From the NCBI GenBank assembly GCA_039621445.1, contig CP154954.1:49765847-49829846 (forward strand): 64,000 nt of DNA. Direction: 5' to 3'. The stretch's first letter is position 1, and the number at the start of each line of letters is the position of its first letter. Made by a program: the position numbers and the translations under genes. Below, piece by piece: positions 1 through 13,500 of the stretch. This DNA is from Euglena gracilis. Lineage: Eukaryota. The notes under the pieces were generated by a model. It had not been told where the DNA came from, did not search any database, and saw only the letters and a program-made list of their open reading frames with translations.

Positions 1-2842
1 CGCGCCGGGACCAAAAATTTGGTCAAACCTCCGAAAAGGTGTCCTCCGACCGGGGGGGTGGTCATTGGACATAGGGGGGTCGTTGGACATAGGGGGGGGG
101 GGTAAGAAAAGGAAAAATTTCAATACCAAAAATAGCGATGGCAGCTCGGTGGCAGAACACGTGCTTCCCGACCTGTCAGACGCCGTTTTCTGCCCATTTT
201 CTCCAGTCACACAGAGGAAAAAGAAAAAGAAAAAAGAAAAAGGAAAAAAAAAGAAAAAGAAAATAAAAAAATTCATTTGCAAAAAAAATCCCACGGACGT
301 TGGGCTTGAAAACCACCCCGAATGTGAGGAATGTTCAGCAGAAGAAATGACCAAGCCCCACCAGAGGCCAAAATTGTACCGAAAATTGTTATCCCGCTGG
401 GATTCGACTTCGGTCTACCAGGTGAACCAACAATCGCTTTGGGGGGGTTTGTAGGCGAACTGTACGACAGCAGGGATGTCATAATGCAAAGAAACGGTCA
501 CGTGAAATCCAAAGCGGCGTCTTTTTCCCTTTGGATGTGCCCGGGGGGTGAGGGGAGGGGGCAGGGAGAGGGGAACAGCAACCCCTCCCTCCCCCTGGAC
601 CCCACCCCCCTTCCCCGCTCTCCCCTACCCCCACCACCTCCCTGATCCCCTGTTGTGTGGACAAAATGGCATTTTTTTGTGGCAAAGGGGGGTTGTGGGG
701 GCCTGTGAGCGGGCAAATTATTTTCCAAGGGAAGTCCAAGGGCCATGCCGGCATCTAATGGGGGTCCAAAATAAAAACGTCAAAAACCCCACTTTTCAGA
801 TAGACAGTGTTCCAGCGATGCCAGCAATCATTCCCCCCCCCCCCAGAGTTGGCTTGTTTTTGCCGAGATTTTGCGACCTCATTTTCGGCTCGAATTTCGA
901 AAATATTCCCAGAAAAAAATTTTAAGGTATTTTTGGGCCTTTGAAGGCAATTTGGTGGGTCCCACCAAATGTGAAATCTTAACTTTTGGTTTTTACCTTA
1001 GCCTCCACGGAGGCTAGTTACCTGAGCCTCCGCGAGGCGGTTACCTAACCTCCATGATACCTCTGCGGATCCTGGTTACCTCGAGCCTCCCTCTGCGCAG
1101 AGGGGATTCTTTCACAACTTCACACTCACCCCCAAACACCCTCTACATCGGAACCCCCCTATGGTGTGGGCATATGGGCAAAAATGGCTGTTTTTTTGGC
1201 CCTTTTTGGGCAATTAATCACACCTCTCGCTATTTTTGGCCCATTTTTATTGAACGCCCCCCGTTCCTACAACCGTCGACCCCTGACCTGTCGCAACCCC
1301 CGACCGGCGGTGGTTGTATACAGGGGTGGTTGTTGTGCAAGGGGGGGGGTACCCCCGGGACACTGATAAATCAGCGAGTACAGAGGTACCCCCCCCTCAC
1401 GTCTACAACTTGTATGACGCGTGCCCTCCCCGCACCCCATGCTATTGATTTTGCGTTCATTCTGCTGTGCCGGGTTACGAGTAAGTCGGAATAAAAGTAA
1501 TTTTTTTTTGTTTTTCGCAGCTCCATGTACTTGTGTTTTTTTCTTGACCCCCCTGACCGGGTCAGACCTGACCGGCATCCAGATGAGAATGACACGGGGT
1601 TCGTATTTCCTACCCCCGAGTTCACTCTGCCCTTTTTTCCCTCACTCCTCGCCGTGGTTTAACGAGACGGAACGTGGTCGTTCTAATGAGGGTGGTAAGG
1701 TTTTTTATCTTGTGGCCTTTTTTTCGCCCATAGTTTTTGAACCACAGGCACTCATTCTACAAGTCACCCTTTTTCCAACTTGCCATGGTGGTTTGTTATT
1801 TTTGTGGATTTTTTTTTTATAGCCCTTTTTTTCTGCACGCCTTTTCCCTCCCATTTAAAAAATTGCACCCATGGTCTTTGATCGAGGCCAAATTTCAGCA
1901 AAATGGCAATTTTTTTGCCCCATGACTTTTTGGCATTAACGTGGCCCACGGAATGGCTGGCCCCGATTTCATCTGGTTCCTTGTGACCCCTTCCCGTTCT
2001 TTTCCACCAAAAATAACGGTCTGGGAGGTGCATTTTTTTTTGTTTTGGCCTGCCGGACCCCACCTTGTTCCGCATGTATGTGATTTTGCATTAGCCTGGC
2101 CTCTTTAGGCTGCAGAGAATTTCTGGTTTACTCACCTCTAATGTACAGAATACATTGTATGCATCCCTTCGCCCCCCATTTGTATGTTGGTCACACCATC
2201 TGTCCCCCGGCACCCGGCTTTAGCCCGATTTTGCGTCGGCGTTTTTGCCCTACGGGGCCCCGTGGCTTCTCCAATTTGCATGTGGTTTTGCGTGCATTTT
2301 TTCGCCATTTCCCCTGGATGTCACTTGGGATCCCCCGGTCTGCCTCTGCAGGGACTGGTTCGCGGAGGACCCCCGCCGCCTACATACGCCTCTTTGTGCA
2401 TGCCTCCCTTCCCTCCCCCCCCCCGCCCCCCCGCGTGACCTAGAGGGACCAGGGGGGGGGAGGGCAGCGGTCCGGTCACCAGGTCCAGTGCAAAACCCAC
2501 AACCCCAATACCACAAATGGCATGATTGGCAGTTTTATAGGCATTTTGCATCGATTTTTGATCCCGATCGACCCAGCTTTGGATCGGGGCCCAAGATTTT
2601 CAGCCCCAAAAAGGTTCGCGCTGCAATTTTTTGCATGGCAAATTTTTGCCCAAAAAGTGCCCAAGATAGCACTTTTGGTCGTTTTGGGGGGGTCAAAAAA
2701 ATCAAAAAATTTCCTGGTTAAAATCCCCGTTTTCCAAAAATTGGTAAAAATGTTGTGGTGGGTGGGGGGGGGTCGACCCCCCCACCAGGCCTTCCCGTTG
2801 CCCTGCCCCCCCCCCCCCCCCCAATCGGTAAGCACAAGTCTG

Positions 2843-3010
2843 ATGTATGTATGCATGCATACATGCATGTATGTATGTATGTATTTGCATGCATGCATAT
2901 GTATGTATGTATGTATGTATGCATGTATGTATGTATGTATGTATGTATGTATGTATGTATGTATGTATGTATTTATGTATTGTATGTATGTATGTTTGTA
3001 TGCGTATATA
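2843..3010. repeat. (TATG)n microsatellite
   Basis: Read directly from the sequence. Confidence 0.95.
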
Positions 3011-4154
3011 CATTTTTAGATCGCGAAATAAAGACCTGGGTCGGGGGGGGGTCCCGGGTACCCCCCCAGGGTTGGTCCGGACCCCCCTGGCAGGTGGGGG
3101 GGGGGTGGTCCGGACTCCCCCCCTGCGGGCCGGGAGGGGGGGGGGGTGGGGGGACAACCCCCCCCCAAACCCCCAACACCCTCTTTATATCAAACCCCGA
3201 CCTTGCCTCCCCCCCCCGCGTGGTCCTAGACGGACAGGACAACCATCCATTGTCACAGGTGCAAATGTGCAAAATTCACAATACAAAATACCACATGCGA
3301 GGGAAAATTTTTTTCCGTTGACAAACTGATAAATTTTGTAAGTAACTCATCATTATGAAGATGGCCATGCTATTTGAACACGGTCTCTGTCGCTGAATGA
3401 AGTCGTTGAGAACATGCTGCAATTTTTCTCTGACATCAAAATTGGGCCCTCATCCCAGCCAACCCCAATATACATCTGTGAAACTACAGTTTTCAGTATT
3501 TGGTCCCCCCCGTGCGTCGACCAAACAAATCCAGCCCATTGCATACAGACACATCGCATATGGGACTGAGGTGCCAGGATTCTGATCTCCTCCGGTGCAG
3601 TGCACCTCGTGACGTATGGAGGCCAGAGGCTGCCATCAAAAAAGGCCTCCTTTCTCAGAGATATCTTTGAGGGTAATGAAAAAGCAATGGGCCAGAGGAC
3701 CCAGGACCCAGGGGAGGGGGGTCCGGACCTTCCCATGGGGCAGAACTACCTGGGGGGGGGGCGCTGGGGGACCACTTTTGGGGAATTTGATTGGGGAAGT
3801 TAATTTTGGGGTCCAAAAGACTATTTTTGCGCCGAAAATAGGGATAAACAGCGGGGTACCCCTCAGCCTGACCCCTGAAACCCATGACCCCCCAGGGTTC
3901 GATATAAGGACAGGTGGGGGGGGTGGTCCGGACCCCCCCCTGCGGGCCAGGAGGGGGGGGGGGGGGGGGGACACCCCCCCCCACCTAAACAGTGGCGCGG
4001 TCCGGGTGACCGAAAATTTTTGACACCCCAAAACGACCAAAAGTGCCATTTTGGGCACTTTTTGGGCAAAAATGTGCCAAAAATGCAAAAAAATTTCGGC
4101 GCGAAGCGCCAGGGTCCCGGGTACCCCCCAGGGTCGGTCCGGACCCCCCTGGCA

Positions 4155-4185
<31 letters not shown>

Positions 4186-6756
4186 CGGGCCAGGAGGGGG
4201 GGGGGGGGGGGGGGACACCCCCCCCACCTAAACCATGTACGCCCTCCTTATATCAAACCCTGCCCCCAGGGGTGCGGGGAGGGGGGGGGGGCTCAGCCTG
4301 GAGCAAACCCCGGTCACCAAACAAAGAAAAAATATCTATGGTCCAGCTACACCTTTCTTCACAAAGCTTCCCAAACAGGGGCAACATGGACCCTGCAAAA
4401 AAAGGGGGAAAAAACGCAAATTGCATTAAAATCCTTTTGCTGGACAAGGGGTCAAAAAGTTGGCGGGCACCCCCCACAAAAGCAATTTCTTCCTTTTGGG
4501 CCGAAAAATCTGGCAATTTTTTAAAAAAAATTGCCTGAAATGTGTCAAATTTTTTTCATTTTGGCCAATTTCCCCCCCGATTTTTAGCGCAAAAACTTTC
4601 GGCCCGGCGCTTCGCCCCGGGCCAAAAATTTGGCCAAAATTCCAAAAAGATGTCCTCCAACTGGGGGGGGGGGATCGTTGGACATAGGGGGTTGTTGGAC
4701 ACACGGGGGGTTATTCACCAAACATGGCGATCTATTTCACACATGTTTGCCTTGTACACATTTTCAAAATAATATTTAGAACTAAGTAAACCCCCCCACA
4801 GAAAAACAAAAAATGCCTCGCCAAAAGCAAGCACGGTGCAAACTTGAATTGTGGCAGGTTTTCCTCTCTTCCAAAGGGAAAATTATTGCATCAAAAAGAA
4901 AAGGATTGTATATATTATATGGGGGTGCATACTACCACTACCCACCCAAAACCCGACCCCCCCCCCCCCAGGGGGGGTTGAAAACCCCTGCCTACCCATA
5001 GCACCCCCCAGGAGGTGCGCACTTCCTTCCGAATTTTATCAGGCAGCTCTTTTTCAAGATTTTGGCTTCTCAAAAAAAACTCCCTGCATACTTAATATTT
5101 GTTGAGTATTTTTCCAATGGAGTATGTCTCTCCTTTCATGGAAAAAGATGGGTGTAGATGGGGGGAGATATACACCTGGAGGGAAGCGGCGCTTCGCATC
5201 ATCTGAGGACGTACTCTCCAACAAATATTTATGATTAATTTTAAAACCTCTGAACAGACTTTCTCAATTGTTGGCAAATAAAGCACATGGGAAAAAAACG
5301 TTTTAAAAGATGATTTTAAAAAATACATGTGGACAAGGGTTAGACGAAGGTCGTGCCTTGAACAAGGTAAGGGCATCCATTTAACTGTTTAAAGTTGAAC
5401 AGTTTAAGGTGATTTTTTATTTTATCCTGTTTGCGTAAAAAGTCAGGGTCATAGATTCACTTGGTGACTCCCCGGGGGGAACTTTTCCCCGGGCCCAAAC
5501 CCACCCACCGCCCACTGCTGTAGACCAACCCAACCCATCCATGACACCCCCCCCCCCCAGGTCAAAAAGCCAACCCACCCATTCACCCAAAACCAAGCCA
5601 AAATCGGGTGTAAGCCCTTGAGAAAAAATGTCCGGCCTGGCCTTGGGGTGGGCAGAAACGTAACCTCGTGGCACACCCCACCGCACGGCCCCAACCCACC
5701 CAGCCCGGGGGTCAGCTCGAAAACTCACAACCCGGGGGGGGGGGGGGTCAGACCGTCAGACACGTGTGAAAGGAACCCACGGTCAGGGTGCTCAAGTTTG
5801 AGTCTTTCACACTTGTCTCGTTGTCCAAGCACCAACCTTAGCAGTATTTCTTGGTGGGATATTGGGAGGTACAACGTTCTCTATCAAAAAATCCTTGCCT
5901 TTGCCGACAATATCAAATGTGTCATGCCAAAGCTGTCAGGCTGCACAGACGCCTGAAGGGTGAAGCCAAGAAGAGCAACACCCAAGAGATTGTTTGCCCC
6001 CGCCACCCTGACAAATGCAGGCAGTGAAGCACTCCTCAGTCCAGCCAGAGAAAGGAGGCCGGCAGCCAACGACAGAGCCGAGAATCCACTGAGGTATAGG
6101 GGGTTTGCCACGATGCGGATATAGCGGGCACCGGAAGCCCAGGCAATGCCGAAGTGCCCCGGGGCCCATCCCTGAGCCATCGAGGAACGGCGGGAACACC
6201 TTCGCCTGGCAAGGTCTCACCGGCAACCCAAGCCAAGCCCCGGGCACACGCCGCTTTTCCGTCCCTTTGGGTGAGGCTTCCGGGAAGGCAACCGATCATC
6301 AGGAGGTCACATTCCATTGAAAATCCAAGAAGGCTGATAGCATGACCTTCAAACAGCCTTCAAAGGGACGTCCACATCGGGTGAACACCAGAAATTTTGA
6401 TTGTTTGCCAGCATCGGCCACTTAAGACAATCAAAGCCCATTTTTAGGGATCCAGGGCCCTCTGGTGAAGGAAAGGGGGAATGGTTGAGGGGGAACGTAG
6501 ATTTGGCACCGGGTTGGGCTGACGGAAAAAAAACACGGGATTAGGCATGTATTCCCATCGGTCTTTGTGGCTCATCCCCTCGGGGGGGGGGGGGCGCCTT
6601 AAACAAAGCCCGCGAGCTTTAAAAAAAAACACAACACATTCAACTCACAGCACAATCCCTGCACACAGAACAAAGAACCACATGAAAACACGCCGGAAAA
6701 ACAGTCCAGAATTGTCGGGAAAGCAGGCTGGAAAATTCCACCCAAAGAAAAGAAAG

Positions 6757-6936
<180 letters not shown>

Positions 6937-9900
6937 AAAGAGAAAAATAGTAAATAGGTGTCCCTATCCTCATGCACAAATTCTCAAACCCACAAAGGCA
7001 CGATGGGACAGGCAGGCAAAAGTGTGTGGCATTGGCCAAAAGATGGGAAAGGCACGTGGGCCGTCCCTGCCTTTTGGTGCCGGTTGGTGGCGTGGCTTTG
7101 GCTGGGGGCATGCCTCAGAAGAGGAGGGCGAAATTTTGCACAGATCCGACGGAGTGGGTCTGTCCATTTTTGGTCAGCTTTTGGCTTGGCAGAGAGAAAA
7201 CAGGGACGCAGCATTGGACCCTCGAAAATGCAACAGAAAAAACACTCGAGCACACACCCACCCACCCACACATACACGCACGCACGCGCACAAACCACAA
7301 ATAAGCACAAAAAAACAAAGAATTCATCTTTCTCCATTTTTGGTGGTCTGAATGTAACAAAAATATCAAAAAACAAGGTTTCTTTTTGCAATTTTGGATA
7401 TGCTGATTACAAAAAAATGCCGGTGATTGTGCTAAAATTCCAAAATAGCAAAAATAAACCAAAAATTTTGTCAAATTTTTGTCACGTTTGATTTTTTTTG
7501 TTCAGCAAAATGCTTGTTTTCATGCAAAATGGAAAATTTTTCTCAGTCCTCTCCAGTGGAGAAATGTACATCCCGGGAGCTCCTAAAGAATATTGCAATT
7601 TGCTTTTTTGCACTTATTTGCATTTCTGTGTGTTTTTTGTGTTTTTTTTGCTTTTTTGCATCGCGTTTTTTGAGGGTCCCCGTGTTGTCCCCCCCCCCCC
7701 CCGACCAGGGGTTTTGTGTATTTTGGGATATTTGCTTTTTTATCCCGGGGTCAAGCCAGGTTGAACATCGACACACGGAGAGCCAACAGCAACCAGCAGT
7801 TCAAAAATCTGGAACCTGAATGTGAAAAGAACACACAAAAAACCTCAGGTGCGGATTGGCCGCCTGCCCCCCCCAGGTCCAAAATGCAAAATGAAATACG
7901 CAGGAGACACAGCAGAGGTCGAAATTGTACATATCAAAACTATTAAAAATGAAATATGGCAAAAGACCCGTCTCCTGGCAGGAAATACAGTGGTCTATGC
8001 AGTCATGGTGTGAAAATAGAGGTCAGTCCCCCCCCTCGGGAAATGTCTCCTGACAAATCAATGAATACAGAGGTAGGTGACAGGTCCCTATGGTGACAGG
8101 TCAGGTGACAGTTTCCCGGGCGTGTCTGCGTCAGAGGAAAACATATTTGTTTTTCAACCCCCACCCACCCAGACATACAAAAAGGCGATTTTTTAAAAAA
8201 CAAATTGTCGTCAAAATTCCAAAATTCTGATCTCATTCTAAAAACGAGATCCCCTCAATTTTCATTTTTCTTAAAAAAAATGCATTTTCGGAGACAAAAA
8301 TCGAAATTTCTAGAAAATTTTGTTAGGTGACAAATCAGTGAGAAGGAGAGAGAAATCAGAGAGAGGTAGGTGACAGGTCCCTAAGGTGACAGGTCAGCGA
8401 GTACGGGGTTTAGGTGACCTCAGGCGCGCCGCCTGCCCCCCCCCCCCCCGCCCTGGGAAACTGTCACCCTTGGGAAATAGAGGTTCCCATGGTGACAGTT
8501 TCCGGGGGGCTCAGAGAAAATTGGGGCAAAATGAGGACTTTCTTCATTGTCAAAACTTTTCCAAAAAAAAGCCAGGAAAAACAAATTGCCAGGAAAAAAA
8601 ATTCAAAAAACTGCCAAAAATGCAAAAAAAACCAGTTTCCGTTCCCCCCCCCTGCCCTGGTTCTACGTATCTACGTAGTCAGCAACCTTAATATAACTAA
8701 CTTGGGTGACAGTGTGATGCTTCTGGCACCCATTTGATGACTCTGTGAATTCTGTGTCATTTTCAATCGTTGTAGATGATATTCGGGACGACAATCTGGC
8801 ATCTTGTCTTGCTGCAAGGAACAGGGAGGGAAGAATTATGGTGTGTTGGACAAAGCTCACTGTTAGATGGCAGTCAGGGTACACATATAGGGCGGCAGAT
8901 GGTGAAAAGCACATCTCCTGAATTTCTCCCCAGACCCCAACACTACAAGGTCAGGTGCTGGTTATTAGAAGGGAGGGTTCACATTGGAAAAAGCATCCAT
9001 GGCTTCCCATAAAATCTTCAGCCGAGTGGGAAAACTGGTGACAATATTGCTTGTTGACCCAACTGTGCCATCTTTAGCAGAATCATTAGGGAATGAATGA
9101 ATGGACCCAAAATGAATCGCCACCCTCCCCCAAAAAACCCAGAATTGCTGGGGGCAATGCCTTGGCCATCAGCAAGGCGTACCTTTACCTTTGCTCGAAC
9201 GGAAGAGACAAAACGGACAGCGAAGGCTGCCTCAGCAGCCGTTGGACGATGCCAGCGGTGGAAACGATGCGCACCAGCATATACATTGGGGGGGGGGGTT
9301 GGGACGACAGGTCGGCAGGATGGGGGGTGACTGGAGCCACCAGGAGGGCTGTACGGAAGGCATAGTGTGGGGGGGTTGACCAGTACCCGGGAGGTGGGGT
9401 GGGCCAACCCCAGCCACCAGATAGGGTTCGATATAAAGGTAGGTAGGGGGGGGGGTGGCAAGGTTCAGGCGACCAATTTTCAGCCTGGCGCTTTGCGCCA
9501 GGGCGAGAATTATTGCCTCCACCAAAACGGCCAAATATACTTTTTTGCCGTTTTGGGCAAAATTTTCGAAAATGCAAAAAAATTCGGCGCAAAGTGCCAG
9601 AAGGAAAAAAATTGACCTTTTCATGGGGGGTCCAGGTATCCCCCAGGGTTGGTCCAGAACCCTGTGGTCTTTAACCCATCAGTCCGGACCCCTCCGGTCC
9701 GGGGGGGGGGGGGGGAGGGGGCTAGGGGACACCCCCTAGGGGGCTAGGGGGGCCTCCTAGCCCCTCCCACCTAAACCCTATACACCCTCCTTATGTTGAA
9801 TCCTGGTCGACCCCCGAACCACCCACGGTGCCGAAAGAGAATCATGACCTAAAAATTTGCGCCCCGGGCAATACGGGAAGGCCGGGTGGGGGTCGGACCC

Positions 9901-10559
9901 CTCCCACCTGCCAGGATGCCCCTGACCCCACCCTGAACCACCACCACAGGGTTTCAGGGGTTCCTGTGCAGCCCTGGCCACCAGAAGGTGGGCAGTCAGG
10001 CGGGGGGGGGGGGAGGGTTTGGCCAGGGGCAGAAGGTGGAACAGAACGTCACCACAGTTGGGGAGGGATGCCCTGCCCCCCCAGGGGGGGGGGGAGGTGA
10101 GGGCAATGGTCGGGGGACTCCTCAAATCCCTGGCCAACCCAATGTAGCACTTTCGAGGGTTTCCGCTTTGGATGTGGCCAGGCAGGGACCCTGCGAAGCC
10201 CAGAATGTAGCTGTGGCGAGGGTGAGCTGACAAGGAAGGTTGGGCGGACCTCGGGGAAAGCATGGGCTGCGTCACGTTAGTTGGGACTGCTCCCGTGGCT
10301 TTGGGCGGGTGTTACCAGGGCTGCACGGGAAGGGCTTGTGGGCAACCCCAACCCACTCATTGGCCGCCACACAAAAAAAATGAAAATTGAAATTGAAACG
10401 AAATGAAATGAGATTGAAAAATGAAAAAAGATGCGAAACAAACCGTGAAAGGAACCTAACCAGCGACCTTAAGCCAGAAGGGGTGGGGGGATCTCCCCCC
10501 AGTGGTCTCAGATGAGGTTATGTGGGGAGTCCCGGTCAGCCAGGTCCCCTTCGCACTGC

Positions 10560-13500
10560 TCAGCAGGACACGAGGTCGAGGTCGTGGAAGATGTCGATGA
10601 GGACGCTGTCCAGTCCCAGCACCGACTGCAGGAAGTGCCGTGCCGCGGAGCACGGCGGCGCCCCCAGGCTTCCTTTTACCCGACCAAAGGGGGGTGGGGG
10701 AGGGGGGCCGGGTGCACTGTGGGGTGCCTGCCCATAGCAGGCAAACCCCCCTGGGGGGTGGGTCGGTTTGGGTCCCGGTGCCTGCTGACCCAGGCAATTT
10801 CCTGTTCTTGAAAATGGCCATTTTCGGATGTGCTACAGCCCTCACCCTCAAAACCCAACCCCCTGAAAATACCCCACCCCCCCTGCCTGCCCATAGCACC
10901 CATCCCCCGAGGTGGGGGGGAGGGGGGCGACCTTCCTTAAAAAGAAACCTGGGCACCTCGTCGGCCTCCGCCACGTCCTTCCAGGCCACCGCCTTGCCGG
11001 AGGGCTGGCCCCAGCGCTGCTCTCCCGCCAGCGGACTGGAAACAGCCACGTGGCTGAAGAGGGGAACGGTGGCTTGGTTTGAGGTGTGTTGGTGCAGTGA
11101 GGCGGCGCATGGATGGCGGCGGCACCACCACCACCACCAATGCCAACACAAAGAATACAAACAAGATGTCACTGGGGGGGGGGGGGGCTAGTGGGAACCC
11201 ACTTTTGGGGGGGTCAATTTTGGGCCCAAAAAGTTTTTAGGCGGTTCGCACCAAAATAGAAGAAAACGTCACATCTGGTGGGGTACCCACCCAGCCTGAC
11301 CCCCGGGCTCGGCTGGGACCCACCCACCCTACCGGGTCACGAAACTAAAAAAAATATCTGTCCATCCATCCATCCATTTATGAACAAAAAAAATGTGACC
11401 CAAAACCAAATCAGCCCCCATGGGGGTGCGCCTGCTGTCGGCAGGCACCCCATCCTGGCGGGGTAAAAATTGGCAAAAATGCAATGGAGGAAAATGGAAA
11501 AGAAATCCCGCCAAATATTTTTGGACTGTTTTGGCCGAGATTGCCTAATTTCCCGATGCTTTTTGGAAATATCCAAAACATTGCCCCCTGCCGTTCAAGC
11601 CCATTTCCCCTTGAAAATAGCATTTTTTTGGTTTATTGGTGTGCTGACCCCAGAGGGAGGATCAAATATTCCCAACCCCCCTGCCTGCCTGCACCCACGC
11701 CACAATGAATCAATGAAGCCCCCCTGCCAGGTTTTTACCGAGGGTTGTGCTCCTTCCTATCGCTTCCTGCGGTGCAGAGCTAACAGAGCCACGCTGTTCG
11801 CCAGCAGAGCTCTTCCTCTCCCTTCTCTTCCTCTGCCAACGTCTTCCGCATGCACTCCACAAAATTCTCAAATTCCGCTGTCAAATCCGGGGTGGCGGAA
11901 GCAGCGTCCACAAGGGAATCGGCGGTCGCTGGGGCCTCAACGGGCGGCTCAGGCAAGCACCTCCTTCCTCGGACCCACCCTGATTCCAATTGTCACAACC
12001 ATCTTAAAAAGCTGTCCATTTCTTCTGTCCATTTCCACACTTCAGAGCTTGCACAGAATCCACTACAACAGGTAGCATCCCTCAGAATTCCACATACAGG
12101 CAGGCAGGTGGTGGGTCGGACACAATGGAGGGGCACACCCTCACCAAAACAGATGTGCGACCAAAATGACTGATTTTTCAGCAGGTGCAAAGTTCTGGGC
12201 CGAAAAGCCCCCCCCCCCCATCGACCGAAAGCGTGACACCCTCCTTTTATGAAATCCTGATCCCCCTTCGAAACAGCAAAACTGTTGCAATTGAAAAAAA
12301 CCTTGCACACCTTTGGTGGTTTGGTGAAAAAATGCTGGGCCATAAATTTCAATGGCGGCCGCGGTACCTGCCTGGTTGTGGGGGTGTTTAGGAGAGCGAT
12401 GTTGTGTGCCGCTGGGGGGACGGCGATGGCCTGGCCTGCTGTCTGGGACACCACGATGGGGCCACAGCCGCCCAACGCGGTTCGCAGTTCGCTCCTAACA
12501 CACCCCGCCATGAGGAAATAGCTTGCATGGGAGTGATGACTGGCGCGGGTGTCAAGAATAGAATTTGCATTGCAGCTCTGGGCGGTCCTTAAGCAAGTCA
12601 AAAAAAAAAAAACCTCACCCATCCCAGCGCAGTCAAAATCCACAGGGAAAAAGCCCCCAAAAGGCCATCTTTTTGGCGAAAACGGGTCAACCACGGGGGG
12701 AACAGTGCTTTCTGGCTTGCATCTAGAGCGTGGCTCAAGGCAGTCTGTAAGTAGGAGTTCTTAACGGAGAAAGAAAATAAAATCCTGTCCTGTTGCACAG
12801 CCCTCTTGCACCGTCACACCAGCCCTGGGGGGAGAGCACAATAGAAAGCGCGGGCCCTGGTCGGGGTGCAGCTTGTTGCACTTGGCGCCGAACTTGCACT
12901 GGCCGGTCATGGCCCACACCTCGCAGATCTCCCGCCCGGCCTGCGCCTCCACCGCCTCCGACAGCTGCTGGTACGCCGTGAGGTCCGGGTGGACGAAGCG
13001 GCACTGGGAACACTGCGGCCGGCTGGAATTGATGTTATCCCCAGACCAAAAAGACAAGGCTTTATTTTTTAAGCCCCACCCAGCCCAGCCCGGAACCAAA
13101 CACCACTGGTCAGCCATGCTCTTGGGCCCAGCACTGCCCAGCATCGCCCAGCATCGCCTTTGAAGCCCTTGGGACTCTTCCTGTTCCTACACCCCCTGAA
13201 ACAAACCCTCCCCCAAATAATACCCCAGCCCTCAGGGTACGACTTCTGCGACCGGGTTAATACCCCCCCCCCGTTTCAGGCCAAAGGCCCGGATTTTAAC
13301 CTGAAAATGTTGGTAAAAATCACAATCTCTGACAACAAATTACGAAAAAAAATCATCTGACCTCCAAAAAATGGTAAACTTCATAAACACAAAAAATGAC
13401 CCAAAAGAGGGTCAAAAGGCGCTATTTTGGCTCCTACGGGACTCCGAAAAATTTGGGGTGTTATTCAGGCCGGGACTTCGGGCAAAAAAAATAACCCCGG

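Noticed and set aside
12366-12378. CAG|GTACCG as a conventional donor in paralog D
   Set aside because: It is not conserved in C. The upstream CAGGCAGGTACC pairs 12/12 (with G-U) with the intron 3' end, which favours the nonconventional junction.
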